63,189 nucleotides of DNA, filler included, from Octopus bimaculoides (GCF_001194135.2; 4 parts of 3 records of this genome joined end to end with filler, not necessarily neighbours in it); one strand, 5' to 3'. Counted from the first letter of the whole stretch, positions 1-10,975 are shown. The notes: generated by a model from the sequence alone, not told the origin. Program-made: numbers and translations.

Positions 1-357
1 CTGGAGGACTTTTTGGTCGGAGTCTACCATGGATAATTTCCAGAAGTCCTTAGCCTGGCAGTGCAACCGAAGGCCGATGCCGCTTCGAGATTAACTTTTT
101 TCTACTCTAGGTACAAGGCCCGAATTTTTTTTGGGGGGGGGGGGCGATTATATCGACCCCAGTACGCAACTGGTACTTAATTTATCGACCCCAAAAGGAT
201 GAAAGACAAAGTCGACCAGCTTTGTCCGAGGTGCACGCAGAGCAACAAAACCGTTCTGCATGCACTCGTTCAGTGTCCAGGCATTGCTAGCTTGTGGAGT
301 TATGTTGAACAGCTGCTGTCACGTGTGGGACGTATTCGTCTATCGAACGAATCCACA
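1..357 (+). mobile_element. L1/Tx1-like LINE ORF2 C-terminal fragment, split by a SINE at about 95-212
   Basis: WRTFWSESTMDNFQKSLAWQCNRRPMPLRD (2-91) and LCPRCTQSNKTVLHALVQCP (after 212) form the zinc-knuckle region downstream of RT. Confidence 0.65.
95..212 (-). mobile_element. tRNA-derived SINE group A, partial
   Basis: Reverse complement of the gtcgactttgcctttcatcc...ggggtcgat...gggccttgtgcctagagtagaaaa body seen at 2489-2630 and 4351-4565. Confidence 0.75.
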
Positions 358-818
358 GAGATGATTCCCTGGGTCAAGCAGGTGGCTGCTGGAAGACCCT
401 ATGTCTGGCGACAGGACTCTGCACCATGTCACACAAGCAGGGGAACCCAGTCATGGCTGTCACACAATTTCTGTGACCACATCATCCCTAACTCCAGGGA
501 CCGCAACCCCCTTCATTATTATGTGTGGGATGCAGCTGAGTGAGAGACCAACAAAACTCCTTGTAACACCAAAGAACTGAAGGCAAGGATTATGGCAGCA
601 TTCACCAACTTAAACAAGATCATCCAGAAGAGTTGCAGGAGATTCCAAAGTCGTCTGGAGGCTGTGGTTGAAGCCAGTGATTTTCTTGAATAAATTTACT
701 CCTTAGTATTTCAAGATATTTTTATGCAATTTTGGTAAATATATCTGTTAAAATGAGATATCAGTGTTATTTCCATTTTTGTGTAATCTAGATGACAGCT
801 TATTCACCGCACCCTTAT
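358..818 (+). mobile_element. Tc1/mariner (maT/DD37D-like) transposase 3' remnant with right end
   Basis: VWRQDSAPCHTS...NPLHYYVW...LKARIMAAF...RLEAVVEA motifs, with stops and frameshifts; ends ttattcaccgcaccctta-ta; second copy at 29455. Confidence 0.75.
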
Positions 819-999
819 ATATGACTATATAAATAAGTGTATGTATCTATCTATTTCTCTGAGATTGAGAGAGAAATTCGAGGGATTGCTTTCATCCAAA
901 GTTAGAATGTCTGGTATGTCTATAGGAAGATGGGGGTTTCTATTCTACAGGCAGCCTTCAATCAAAAAAGGATTTTCAACCCAATATTTTCATGTTATT

Positions 1000-1480
1000 A
1001 GGAATGAAGCCAGTGTGCTCTGATGGATGTGTAATGTCAGTGTGCATACATGACAGAGTGTAAGTGCCCTGAGAGAAAAGTTGGATATAAGAAGCATCAG
1101 ATGTGGTGTGCAAAAGAGACGACTGCGCTGGTATGGTCATGTGTTGCGAATGAATGCAGACAGCTGTGTGAAAAAGTGTCACACCCTAGCAGTTGAAAGA
1201 GGTGGTGAAGCACGACCTTCGAACATTGGGCCTTACCGAGGCAATGACTAATGACCGGGACCTTTGGAGATATGTTGTGCTTGATAAGACCCAACAAGCC
1301 AAATGAGACCATAGCCTATGCAAGTGGGTGTAACCAGCCCATTTATGAATATCCCTCTTTCATTGGACAATAAACCTTGCTTGTGAAGACCTCAAAGCAA
1401 GTGAAGTCAAAATCAAAATTGCTGACGTGACCAGCGATAGTACCACGTGATTGGCACTCGTGCCAGTGGAACGTTGAAAG
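1000..1480 (+). mobile_element. RTE-type LINE ORF2 3' end plus start of 3'UTR
   Basis: LREKLDIRSIRCGVQKRRLRWYGHVLRM...HDLRTLGLTEAMTNDRDLWRY; LRWYGHV is an RTE RT C-terminal motif. Confidence 0.8.
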
Positions 1481-1600
1481 CTTTTGTAACTGATGGTTCC
1501 TCTCTTTTTCTTAGTCCATGTGAATGAAGTCTTTTCATTGGCAGCCAAATGAAAGTTGATGACATATTCCAGATGAAAATTACATAGAACGTCTTAGAAA

Positions 1601-1763
1601 TTAATTTCAACTTACGATGAAAGTAAATAAAATTTGCTTTAGAAGCGTTGAGATGTATTGAAAGGTACAGAAATAAATCCTTAAATGCATGCTAATACAA
1701 TAGCATGAACATCCCAACGCTTCTAAAGCAAATTTGGTTTACTTTCATCGTAGTTGAATTTAA
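1601..1763. repeat. Fold-back/MITE-like inverted repeat
   Basis: About 55-bp arms (1603-1657 vs 1709-1760) that are nearly complementary, with TTAA at both ends. Confidence 0.75.
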
Positions 1764-1823
1764 CATTGGCATCTTATAAAGCTAGATTTATAAATCCTAA
1801 AATTGCAGAACAATCCGTTACTG

Positions 1824-1895
1824 AGCAGTTTAGCTTAAAGGTAAAGCATTTGACACGTAATCAGAGGGATGCGAGTTCAAGTCTCATGACTGGCC
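1824..1895 (+). pseudogene. Degenerate tRNA-like cloverleaf (Thr-CGT-like), pseudogene or SINE head
   Basis: D-stem GCTT/AAGC, anticodon stem TTTGA/TCAGA with loop CACGTAA, T-arm GCGAG-TTCAAGT-CTCAT. The acceptor stem has 2 mismatches and A replaces U33. Confidence 0.55.
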
Positions 1896-2089
1896 AGTAA
1901 CAATTTCTTCTGCAATATATGGATAGTTTATCCTGTTCATGCTCTTGCATTATGAGTTTGAGAAATTATTTCTATATCATTAGAGATTAATGTTATGTAG
2001 TGCACAGTTGTAATGGTTACTCCACATTACTCTGCACATGGCTGGTTTCTCTTGCATATACATTCCTTCCTGGACAGGACACTAATCCG

Positions 2090-2240
2090 TCATAGTATCA
2101 TTCATCTTTACCAGCTGAGTGGACTGGAGGATAGTGAAATGAAGTGTTTTGCTCAAGAACATGATGCATTGCCAAGTCCAGGAATCAAAACCACAAACTC
2201 TCAACAAGTCCAACACCCTAACCATTATGCCATGCATCTC
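2090..2240 (-). mobile_element. tRNA-derived SINE group B, partial
   Basis: Reverse complement of the head...cttgagcaagacactttatttcac...ccactcagctgg core. Confidence 0.55.
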
Positions 2241-2266
2241 CATTTACTGTTGTAATATTTGCATGT

Positions 2267-2630
2267 GGTGAGCTGGCAGAAACGTTAGCACATCAGGCAA
2301 AATGCTTCATGGTATTTCGTCTGCCATTACATTCTGAGTTCAAATTCCAAGGTCAACTTTGCCCTTCATCTTTCAGGGTCAATAAATTAAGTACCAGTCA
2401 CGCACTGGGGTCGATGTAATCAACTTAATCCCTTTGTCCTGGTTTGTCTCCTCTATGTTTAGCCCCTTGTGGGCAATAAAGAAATAAGCAACGTTAGCAC
2501 GCCGGGTAAAATGCTTAGCGGTATTTCGTGTCTTTACATTCTGAGTTCAAATTCCGCCAAGGGAGGGGTCAATTTAATCAACTGCCCCTCTCCCCAAAAA
2601 TTTTGGGCCTTGTGCCTAGAGTAGAAAAGG
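2267..2630 (+). mobile_element. Two tandem SINE group A copies
   Basis: ggtgagctggcagaaacgttagca...gagttcaaattcc head occurs twice (2267, about 2489), with different 3' tails. Confidence 0.8.
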
Positions 2631-2693
2631 ATATTTGTATGTATGTATGTATATATATATATATATATATTTGTTAGTTTTGTTTGCATGTAC

Positions 2694-2862
2694 TACACTC
2701 TCTGAGTGGTTGGCGTTAGGAAGGGCATCCAGCTGTAGAAACTCTGCCAAATCAGACTGGAGCCTGGTGTTGCCATCCGGTTTCACCAGTCCTCAGTCAA
2801 ATCGTCCAACCCATGCTAGCATGGAAAGCGGACGTTAAACGATGATGATGATGATGATGATG
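2694..2862 (+). mobile_element. RTE 3'-tail repeat ending in (GAT)n
   Basis: cactctctgagtggttggcgttaggaagggcatccagc...ggacgttaaacgatgatgat, matching the 3' end of the RTE at 13222. Confidence 0.75.
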
Positions 2863-3739
2863 TACATACATTTGTTTGGTACTTATTTTGTTTAGGAATC
2901 TAAATATTTTCAACCAGAGAATTCAAGTGACAATGCTCTTTCGTTTCAGTTAAAACAAGTGTCCTAAGTGAGGTTTTTCGATGTGGAGATATATTAAAAT
3001 GTACCCATAAAATGTTTTCAGCTAGTAAGATTTCATTTGGTATTACTTCGCTAGCCTTCAAATATGATTTTGCTTTCTAGATAGCATTGATCTTGTAAAC
3101 GTTTTTGTGCTCCTTGACAAAGTCATAACTGTTGAAGGTGCACAACTTTCAGTACATAAACAGCAAATTATGCTGCTGTTACAGCAAACATCAACTTGGT
3201 ATTTAGAGAGTTACAAAGTCTCTCATAAATGAAGACCAATTAAGAACATATTTTGTGAGAAATATTTGATAAATGTTAAATCATCTGAGAAATGTTTAGG
3301 ATGACTATCAGAGTTGCAAACAGTGTTAAGTCACTATGGCACGACTTTGCTTTCATCTAGCTTTGATCATTGGACTGCGACCATACTGGGGCACCGACTT
3401 AATTTTAGTCAAACAGCCAAATCCATTCGTGAGACATTTGTCAGTCTATGGCTATTGTAGAGGGTACTACTTGCTCAAGGCGCTGCATAGAGGAACTGAA
3501 CCCAAAACCTTGAACATGGGATGTTAAATGATGATGATGCTCTTTCAGAATGAGAAAGAAGTACATTCTAATAATACAAGTTCCATTTTCCCTAACCATT
3601 GATGCCAGATGATTCACAGCACCAAACTGTAGAAGTGAATAGTTTTGTGCTGCTTTGGTTAAATCAAGGCTCATACATTACTAATTAAGGGAAGTAACCG
3701 TGTTAACATTACAGTTTTGAGTCTAAATAGGTTTCCACT

Positions 3740-3958
3740 TTAACCCTTTTGTTATATTTCTCTTGAGATGCTCTGTGTTTCTTTCAATTAATTTTAAATA
3801 ACGAAGAATTTAGTAAAATAATTTAGTTATCATTAAGCAAGTGTTCAGAACTTAAATTTTGATTAAGGTTTGGTGGTAGATTATAATTCAGAACTTTTGA
3901 AAGCAAGACATTTGTACTACAGAGCCAGTTTCAGCCAGGTTGGTATCAAAAGAGTTAA
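3740..3958. mobile_element. TTAA-flanked piggyBac-like MITE, family 1
   Basis: ttaaccctttt...aaaagagttaa ends; homologous copies at 27903-28288. Confidence 0.75.
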
Positions 3959-4350
3959 TAACTGACCAATATTTCAAATGCCTTCATCCAAATTTTGGAT
4001 GAAAAAAAATCCAACTACATTAATTACTAATAAATAAAATAAAAATCAAAAACTAATGTTTGTCTATTTAATGGGAGACAGTTGCCAACCTAATGACTTA
4101 GAACCAAATCAAATATTATGCTGTTTGTTATTCTGACAATCTAATTACATATTAAAATGCATGTTAAACGAGGGAAATGTTCAAATATTGCTAAATCAAA
4201 ATTTGTTTTTAAAATATTTGGCACATTTTTTTTTTATGTAGATGACATAAATGGTGATCGACCATTAGACCAAACTACCCTATAGTCTGTTTAAATCAGA
4301 GTTAATCTTTCTTCTAGCCTTAGTTGATGCAATAACAAGCAAATGGAATA

Positions 4351-4565
4351 AGGCAGCAAGCTGGCGGAATCGTTAGCACGCCAGGCTAAATGCTGAGCAG
4401 TATCTCGTCTGTCTTGACGTTCTGAGTTCAAATTCCGCCGAGGTCGACTTTGCCTTTCATTCTTTTGGGGTCGATAAGTACCAGTTGTGTACTAGAGCAG
4501 ATATAATCGACTGCCCCCTACTCCCCAAAAATTTCGGGCCTTGCGTCTAGAGTGGAAAAGAGTAT
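4351..4565 (+). mobile_element. SINE group A
   Basis: gcaagctggcggaatcgttagcacgcc...gagttcaaattccgccgaggtcgactttgcc... Confidence 0.8.
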
Positions 4566-6480
4566 CAAGCAAAAGGAGTTTATGTAACACACTATCATTG
4601 GTATGCAGTGCCCCAGAGTCAAATGACTAAAACCAGTGTGCTATGTACACAATATTTGAACAGATGGAATGGTCAGATGTCAAATTATCTTACAGGTAGC
4701 AATCCATTGCTACTAGACTTTGGCATAGAAGATGAAAGCTCTATTTTCTTATTGAAAATTGGAACCAACAGAGTTATGTACCTTGTTCAAAGGCACAAAA
4801 TTATACTGAAATTGTCATGCTTCACATGTGCAATCAACCAATGTATCTTAATCGGAACTATTTAACACGTTTTATTTTCCAACAGGATTACTTAAGTTTC
4901 CTTAATCCTCTTCTGTGGTACAATATTCATAATCAATAGCTGTTGAAATGTCTAACTCGTGTTTGTAAGTTTAATAACACAGTCAATAATAAAATAACTC
5001 GTTAACAATTATCCAAATGAAGACTATAAAATTAAAATAATTATGCAATACCATTTTATATATTCATGTTATCGAGCAAGATTGGCTATTTTACAGACCC
5101 CATGACAACAAAGGTCAAGTAGATTACTTTAAGGTTGGTTCGTCACTTGAACCAAAAGCTAGGAAAGGTCACCAGGATGCCCTAAGTTTCAACCAATAAG
5201 CAGCAACCAGGATATATCTAATTCAACAAATTGTCAATGTAAAACATCAATACAACAGAAATAAAAGCTCTGCTCCAAATTGAGCTAACTTTTTTTTTTT
5301 CTTGTTTTTATCTTTAAAAAAAATATCTACATTTTTAGAGAAATACAACAGTTTCATTTAGAAAGAAAAACTTTGAAAACTCAACTGAAGCATGGCTCTC
5401 AAATTTTTATTAGAACTGAACAGATAAATGACCTAAGAGAGAGAGAGAGAAAGAGTTTCAAATTGAAGAACATGGCAAAAACTAGCAACAGGTGGAATAA
5501 CATAGTTATGATAGAGTTTGTCTACCCTCCTGCCAACCTTGACAGCTAACTTGACACACTCTGGTACAGCACCTTACATAAGACCCTCTGATGGATTTAG
5601 TGAAAAAGGGCAAAACCCACCACCAATATGTTTGGTTTCTTTCTTTCTTTCTTTGATCCATTTTCTATTTATTTTTTTTGAAGTAGATAGAAGGAGAGGG
5701 GACTGTTGTAGCATACTGACTGGTTCTTTCCAGGTGATTCCTAGACAGAAGGAGATTGACACCCAACTAAAAAAACACACGTCAGAGAAAAGAACAGTGA
5801 AACACATGCACACACACGCACGACCATACCCACATGCACACATTGGTTATTGCAGACACAGTGCTGCCATTCATAACGTCATTGCTTCCAAACATTCTAA
5901 TTTGTTCTTGGAGCCTATCAGTGGAGGTGGTGGTGGGAGAGGGAACATGAACTGAAATTGGTTGGAAACAAAAAAACAAGTGGGAGAAGGGGGATCAATG
6001 GATGATTAAACAGCAGCAGCAAACAGATCAAATGTCTGCCTCAAGAGCTACTCTTCCTACATCTCCTCCACAAGAAAGGGCTACAAAAGTGTCAGGCTAA
6101 CAGACACATTTGGATGGCAGGATACAATAATCAGGTGAGAAGGAACAATTGAAACAAAGGCTAAATAAAAAAAAAAATCGTAACACATTATTGGTAAGGA
6201 TTTCTAATACAACAGTAGTAAGAAGAAGGGAGAGTTTTGTTGAGGGGGAAAACGTAAGATGGGTGAATAACAGAGCTACAATAACAATGAGAGAGAAACA
6301 GAGGTGTCAGTGAAATGGGAGGGAGATATCCAGAGTACATCTTGATGAAGTGATGCAGCATTGACAGGCAGATAGTTTACAACAGCTCTTGAGGATTTGG
6401 GGCCCAAAACTGCTGTAGCTGTGAAAGAATGATAATATATCCCCCCCTGGTTAGCTCTGCAGCAAGCAAGTGTGCCAGTT

Positions 6481-6500
6481 TTATTCTAAGTCAGGAAGAC
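6481..6500 (-). CDS. PTGES3: p23/PTGES3 last coding exon (C-LPDLE*)
   Basis: ttttgtttcag acceptor then GT CTT CCT GAC TTA GAA TAA; PDLE* is the typical p23 C-terminus. Confidence 0.92.
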
Positions 6501-6658
6501 CTGAAACAAAACAAGAAAAGAAAAAAGTTAAAACCACTGATACAGTTAATATTTTTTTAAATTCTCTTATTTTTCCCACCAATTTATATTCAAGATGTAA
6601 ATAACCAATTTCAAAATATATTTCAATAAAAGATGTAAATTGCATCATTATAGAAATT

Positions 6659-7031
6659 GGATCTTTTTTAAAACGGGGGCCACATTTTTCATTAATGTTT
6701 TACATAGTGTTTTTGGTACGGAAAGACTTTCAAACTTCGTATACTTATCTATTTTGTGTTATAGAACAGAAAAATATTTTTGTATTCGAATTTATTTCAT
6801 GTAAAAAATTGTCTTATTTCGATAATTTCAACCAATCACTGACAAGTATTCAGTTGTTTACATTTACTCCTTGGCTGATTAAGCGATGTAAAGCGTATTT
6901 AATCTCCATACCTTTTTTTTTTTTTAGAAGACTAAGAGAAAAAGATGTTTTATATGACACATTCTCCCAGTGTTCCAAGTTTCAAAGTGTTTCGTTAATG
7001 AAAAATGTGGCCCCCGTTTTAAAAAAGATCC
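6659..7031. repeat. Fold-back element in the last coding intron of p23
   Basis: Perfect 37-bp inverted repeat (6659-6695 / 6995-7031), with weaker complementarity extending outward. Confidence 0.8.
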
Positions 7032-7329
7032 TAGAAATTTACCAAAATGAAATCATGACCCTAAATAGTAAAATTTCATGTTTAAAAAAAGTTAAAGTAA
7101 AGAAAAAAAATATCTTTTAAGTTTTACATCAAGTTGCTCTAATTACGGAAAATGTTAAGAATTCGAAGAATTTTTTTTTTTACTCCGTTAATGATGTGCT
7201 ATCACACACACACACACACACACTCATAACTTAAGAGTGATGAACTGAGCGAAAATGGGCTCAGTGTTATCTTAAAGTAAAATCGGTTCTAAAGTGGCAG
7301 CAACATCAATTGGAAGAACTACTACTTAC

Positions 7330-7354
7330 AATCATCATCACTATTTTCCTCACT
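7330..7354 (-). CDS. PTGES3: p23/PTGES3 coding exon 7 (SEENSDDD+T)
   Basis: tttttccag acceptor, gtaagt donor, 25 nt phase 0 to 1; acidic tail sequence. Confidence 0.88.
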
Positions 7355-7479
7355 CTGGAAAAAACAAAAAGAAAAAAATCAGAAAAGAGAAAAAGAAAAA
7401 TCAAAAAAAAAAATTAGATTAATGCAAAATGGAAAAAAAGGAGGAAGGTGAAAATATTTGGATATGAAAGTTAACTTAC

Positions 7480-7518
7480 TTCTTCACCATCCTCAACACC
7501 TCCCATTTTATTCATCAT
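7480..7518 (-). CDS. PTGES3: p23/PTGES3 coding exon 6 (MMNKMGGVEDGEE)
   Basis: ttttttacag acceptor, gtaagt donor, 39 nt; resembles the MMNNMGG segment of vertebrate p23. Confidence 0.92.
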
Positions 7519-7937
7519 CTGTAAAAAAAGAAAAAACACCAAAATAAGTTTTGCAACTAGAGATTACTTCAAGATTTTGGCTGTAAAATAAAGCTAAACC
7601 AACAAATTCCATGAAGGAATTTCTTCCTCATACAAAGGCTAACAGGTCCATTAAGTTAAATTCAATAACAAAGGTACATTAGCACCTAATAGTCTGTTGT
7701 AGTCACATTTTAAACAAGATTACTAAACTTGCCGTGGTACACTCAGCCAGTTATACAAACACAGCAAAGTGATAGTAAATATAATGTAATGACAGCAATA
7801 TTACACGTGTAGTTAGAGCAACAAAACATGCAGTTGCAGTAATTGGCTACAAGGGTCCGTCCTAGTAAAATAGGGACCAAAAGGGTCAGCAGGTTGTCCT
7901 ATACAGTCACGGCAACACTTAGTGTACAGTCACTTAC

Positions 7938-8024
7938 ATCTTTAAGGTTGAAATCATCAGGTTCATCTGTGTCAGAATCATCTTCATCCTTCCATCTGGT
8001 AAAATCTGTTTTCAAGTAATGAAT
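7938..8024 (-). CDS. PTGES3: p23/PTGES3 coding exon 5 (IHYLKTDFTRWKDEDDSDTDEPDDFNLKD)
   Basis: ttttgcag acceptor, gtaagt donor, 87 nt phase 0-0; LKTDFxxWKDEDDSD p23 signature. Confidence 0.95.
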
Positions 8025-8104
8025 CTGCAAAATAGAACACAGATGGACATTATTAGTGTGTCACTTAAAATATAACATTAGACACTGTGTCATCTGTTAG
8101 AGGG

Positions 8105-8317
8105 CCCTTTAGCATTTAAACCAGCCATATTCAACCCAAATATTCTACATGCTCTATGTTCAAAGTGGCTGGGTCTGGCCTCTCACACCTTCTCTACAAT
8201 ACCATTCTAAAAATAAACTATCATCAAAACCTAAAAGCTGAGATAATAAATGAGTAATTCAAAATGATATTTATAAATAAGCATTACACCAATGTAATCT
8301 GAATGCTAAAGGGTTAA
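8105..8317. mobile_element. TTAA/CCCT piggyBac-like MITE, family 2
   Basis: ccctttagcatttaaacc...gaatgctaaagggttaa; related copies at 10771, 28292 and 46209. Confidence 0.75.
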
Positions 8318-8747
8318 TGTGTCACATGACTAACAATTAGACATCATTAATTGAGGTTTCCATCAAACAATGCAGTTTTGCAAATTTAGCACTTTCTTTA
8401 ATAATAGGGAGATGAGGAATATTGGCAACATAGAGAGGGGCACGTGTATCTAATGAGTACATCCAATTGGTCACATCCTGCATTGACCTTTTAGTGTTCA
8501 GACTGGCCAAAACCGGCTGAAAATAATTCCCCTTTATTTGTTTGAACCAGTCAAATCCAGCCATATCTGATTCCTCTACAAAATCACTAAAAAAAATAAA
8601 CAAATCACGTTACTGAATTCTGGTAGTTTTGAGATAACATGAGAAAGCTTTTACCGCCTTTATTCAAGTAAAAACATTGTGAAATTGAGACATTTTGGTT
8701 TTTATTTTAATATTTGAAGAGAAGTGTACACCTTAGTTTTTAACAAT

Positions 8748-9075
8748 ATGGCATCAGCAAGTAGCGATTCTGACTTTGAAGGTTTTACTCTTGATGATGT
8801 ACAAAATATACAAAAAACAGTGATTTGTCTTCGGACGAATCTGATATTGGTATTTATGAATCTTCGTTAGACAAGGAAGATTTTGATAATGAAAGTGATG
8901 AAAATGATATTGAAAACATTACGGCAACATGGTTGAAGATTACTAGACTAGTACACAATTCCAGATTGCACAGAAAAGACTAGTCCACAATTCAAGTCTA
9001 TCTCCTGATACTCAACCATTGAACTATTTTTATTGAAAAGTTCTTTTGAAACTGTCGCAGAGGAAACAAATAACT
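8748..9075 (+). pseudogene. piggyBac-like transposase N-terminal remnant
   Basis: MASASSDSDFEGF, an acidic tract, then PLNYF...FETVAEETN across frameshifts; resembles the PGBD N-terminal PxxYF...ETN pattern. Confidence 0.6.
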
Positions 9076-9114
9076 GAAACAAACGACCAACAATATTGTT
9101 GTCATAAAACATAC

Positions 9115-9210
9115 CCTTTCTTCTTGCTTTAGCAATCTAGGCCACCAATCTTCATCCTTCTTCTTTATTACAAAATGTAACTCTCTTCCCCCAATATTTT
9201 TTTTGTAGCC
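9115..9210 (-). CDS. PTGES3: p23/PTGES3 coding exon 4 (GYKKNIGGRELHFVIKKKDEDWWPRLLKQEER)
   Basis: atttttag acceptor, gtatgt donor, 96 nt phase 0-0; WPRL signature. Confidence 0.95.
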
Positions 9211-9719
9211 CTAAAAATAAGAAATACAAAATCAACATTTAAAAAAGTATTCATTATTATTTTTTTTAAGTATGACAAAACAATCCCAGTTTTCCTTCAA
9301 GATGATACAGACAATAACTAGTGAAACAAACTGTTCTATGTTGGAGGTAAACTAAATTGTATATCACTTTTTGAGTTTTTCTTTTCCAGTTCAAATTTGC
9401 AGTGGGACTTAGAAACTGTGGGAACAGACATATACATGTGCCACAGTGATTGCAATTAGAAAGGAGCCATCATTGGATAATCCAATGACAGAAAGAAATT
9501 AGCAAAACAACTACATAAAGGAAAAGGTAATTTAAATTATCTATCCCCGCTGAGCTCAACCACAGTGACCAGGCAATGAGTGGTGGCAATATCTGGTTTG
9601 GTATATAAGTACCATGACTGCTTTTTCACTATTTACCAAATTGTGAGGTGACCATCTGCAGTTGTGAGCATAAGTAGTAACACTAACTGTTGAGAGAAAA
9701 GCAAAACATTGTCAGACAA

Positions 9720-9845
9720 ACACATGGTTTTAAGTTCAGTCCTAGTGTGTGCAACACTTTGGATCTCTACTATATACCTGGGTTGATCAATGCCTTGTGA
9801 GTCAATTTGGTAAACAGAAACTGCAGAAAGCCTTTGTGTGCGTAC

Positions 9846-9878
<33 letters not shown>
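9720..9878 (+). mobile_element. SINE group C head followed by (TG)n
   Basis: cacatggttttaagttcagtcc...gccttgtgagtcaatttggtaaacagaaactg, similar to 23905. Confidence 0.55.
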
Positions 9879-9879
<1 letters not shown>

Positions 9880-10171
9880 ATATTATTCCACAACTAAGCT
9901 TGAACAAAACAGTGAATAATGTTTACATTCCTTGTTGACAGAACTTGTTTCTCTGCACTTTCAAAGACCTGAGTATTCAATCATGAAATCTTGCCTCAAA
10001 TATATTGCCATCCAAACCAATGTTGGCATGGAAAAGAGAGATGTTTAGCAGACGTAGTAGGAGATGAGAGGCTCATATCCTTGCTGTTATCGTCTTCAGA
10101 ACAGCTTTGGTGCACGCAGACTAAGATAAATGGCCTGCATCCTTCTGCTTCTGGATTGTTATTGATGGAGG

Positions 10172-10492
10172 CATGAGTTTAGAGTGTCAGGCTCACAATC
10201 ATGAGGAGCGAGTTCGATTCCCAGACCAGGCTGTTTTGTGTTCTTGACCAAGGAACTTTATTTCACATTGCTCCAGTTGATTCATCCATAGAAACGAGCT
10301 GCAACATCACTGGTGCTGCCAAGCTGTATCAGCGTTTTCCTTTCCCTTGGATAACATCAGTGGCTTGGAGTAGGAAGGCTGGTATGCATGGGCAACCGCT
10401 AATCTTCCATAAACAATCTTGCCTGGACTTATGCTTTGGTGCAATCCCATGGTCATCATGATGATTCTTGACCAAAAGGGGGTCTTTACCTT
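10172..10492 (+). mobile_element. SINE group B (long-tail variant)
   Basis: B-box GAGTTCGATTCCC; tail ...gaccaaaagggggtctttacc; inverted homologue at 55866. Confidence 0.75.
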
Positions 10493-10770
10493 TTACATAG
10501 ACTGATTTTGCTTAATCTATTTCTTTGTTATTCTCTTCATAGACTTCTTGATTATATAAATATTTACAGGTGAAAAGTAGATATTTAGATTATAAGCTGA
10601 ATAAACAAAATGCTACTGCCTTAAACTCTATGAAGCAATATAGCAACAAATTGTTAATATAACTAAACTGATTATTTTAACAACCCACATATCAAAATTT
10701 GATGAAGCATCCAGTCTAGATATGTGAAGAAAGACAGGACAGTTAAAATTTTTCTTAAATAATTCAAGTG

Positions 10771-10975
10771 TCTAGACTGGCCCAAATATTCTAGATGTTT
10801 TACATTCAAACTGGCCATATCTAGCCTCTCAAACCTAACCTACATTGACATTTTAAAAATAAACAATCGCATCATTGAAAATCTCAAAGCTACATGATAA
10901 TGCATGATTAATTGAAAACAATTTGAGTGAAAAAGCATTACATTTAAAAGAGCAATCTGAACACTGAAGGGTTAA
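10771..10975. mobile_element. MITE family 2 copy
   Basis: Body matches 8105-8317; ends aagggttaa. Confidence 0.65.

Noticed and set aside
6695-7120. 141-aa plus-strand ORF
   Set aside because: AT-rich, lies within the fold-back element antisense to a p23 intron; no recognisable domain.
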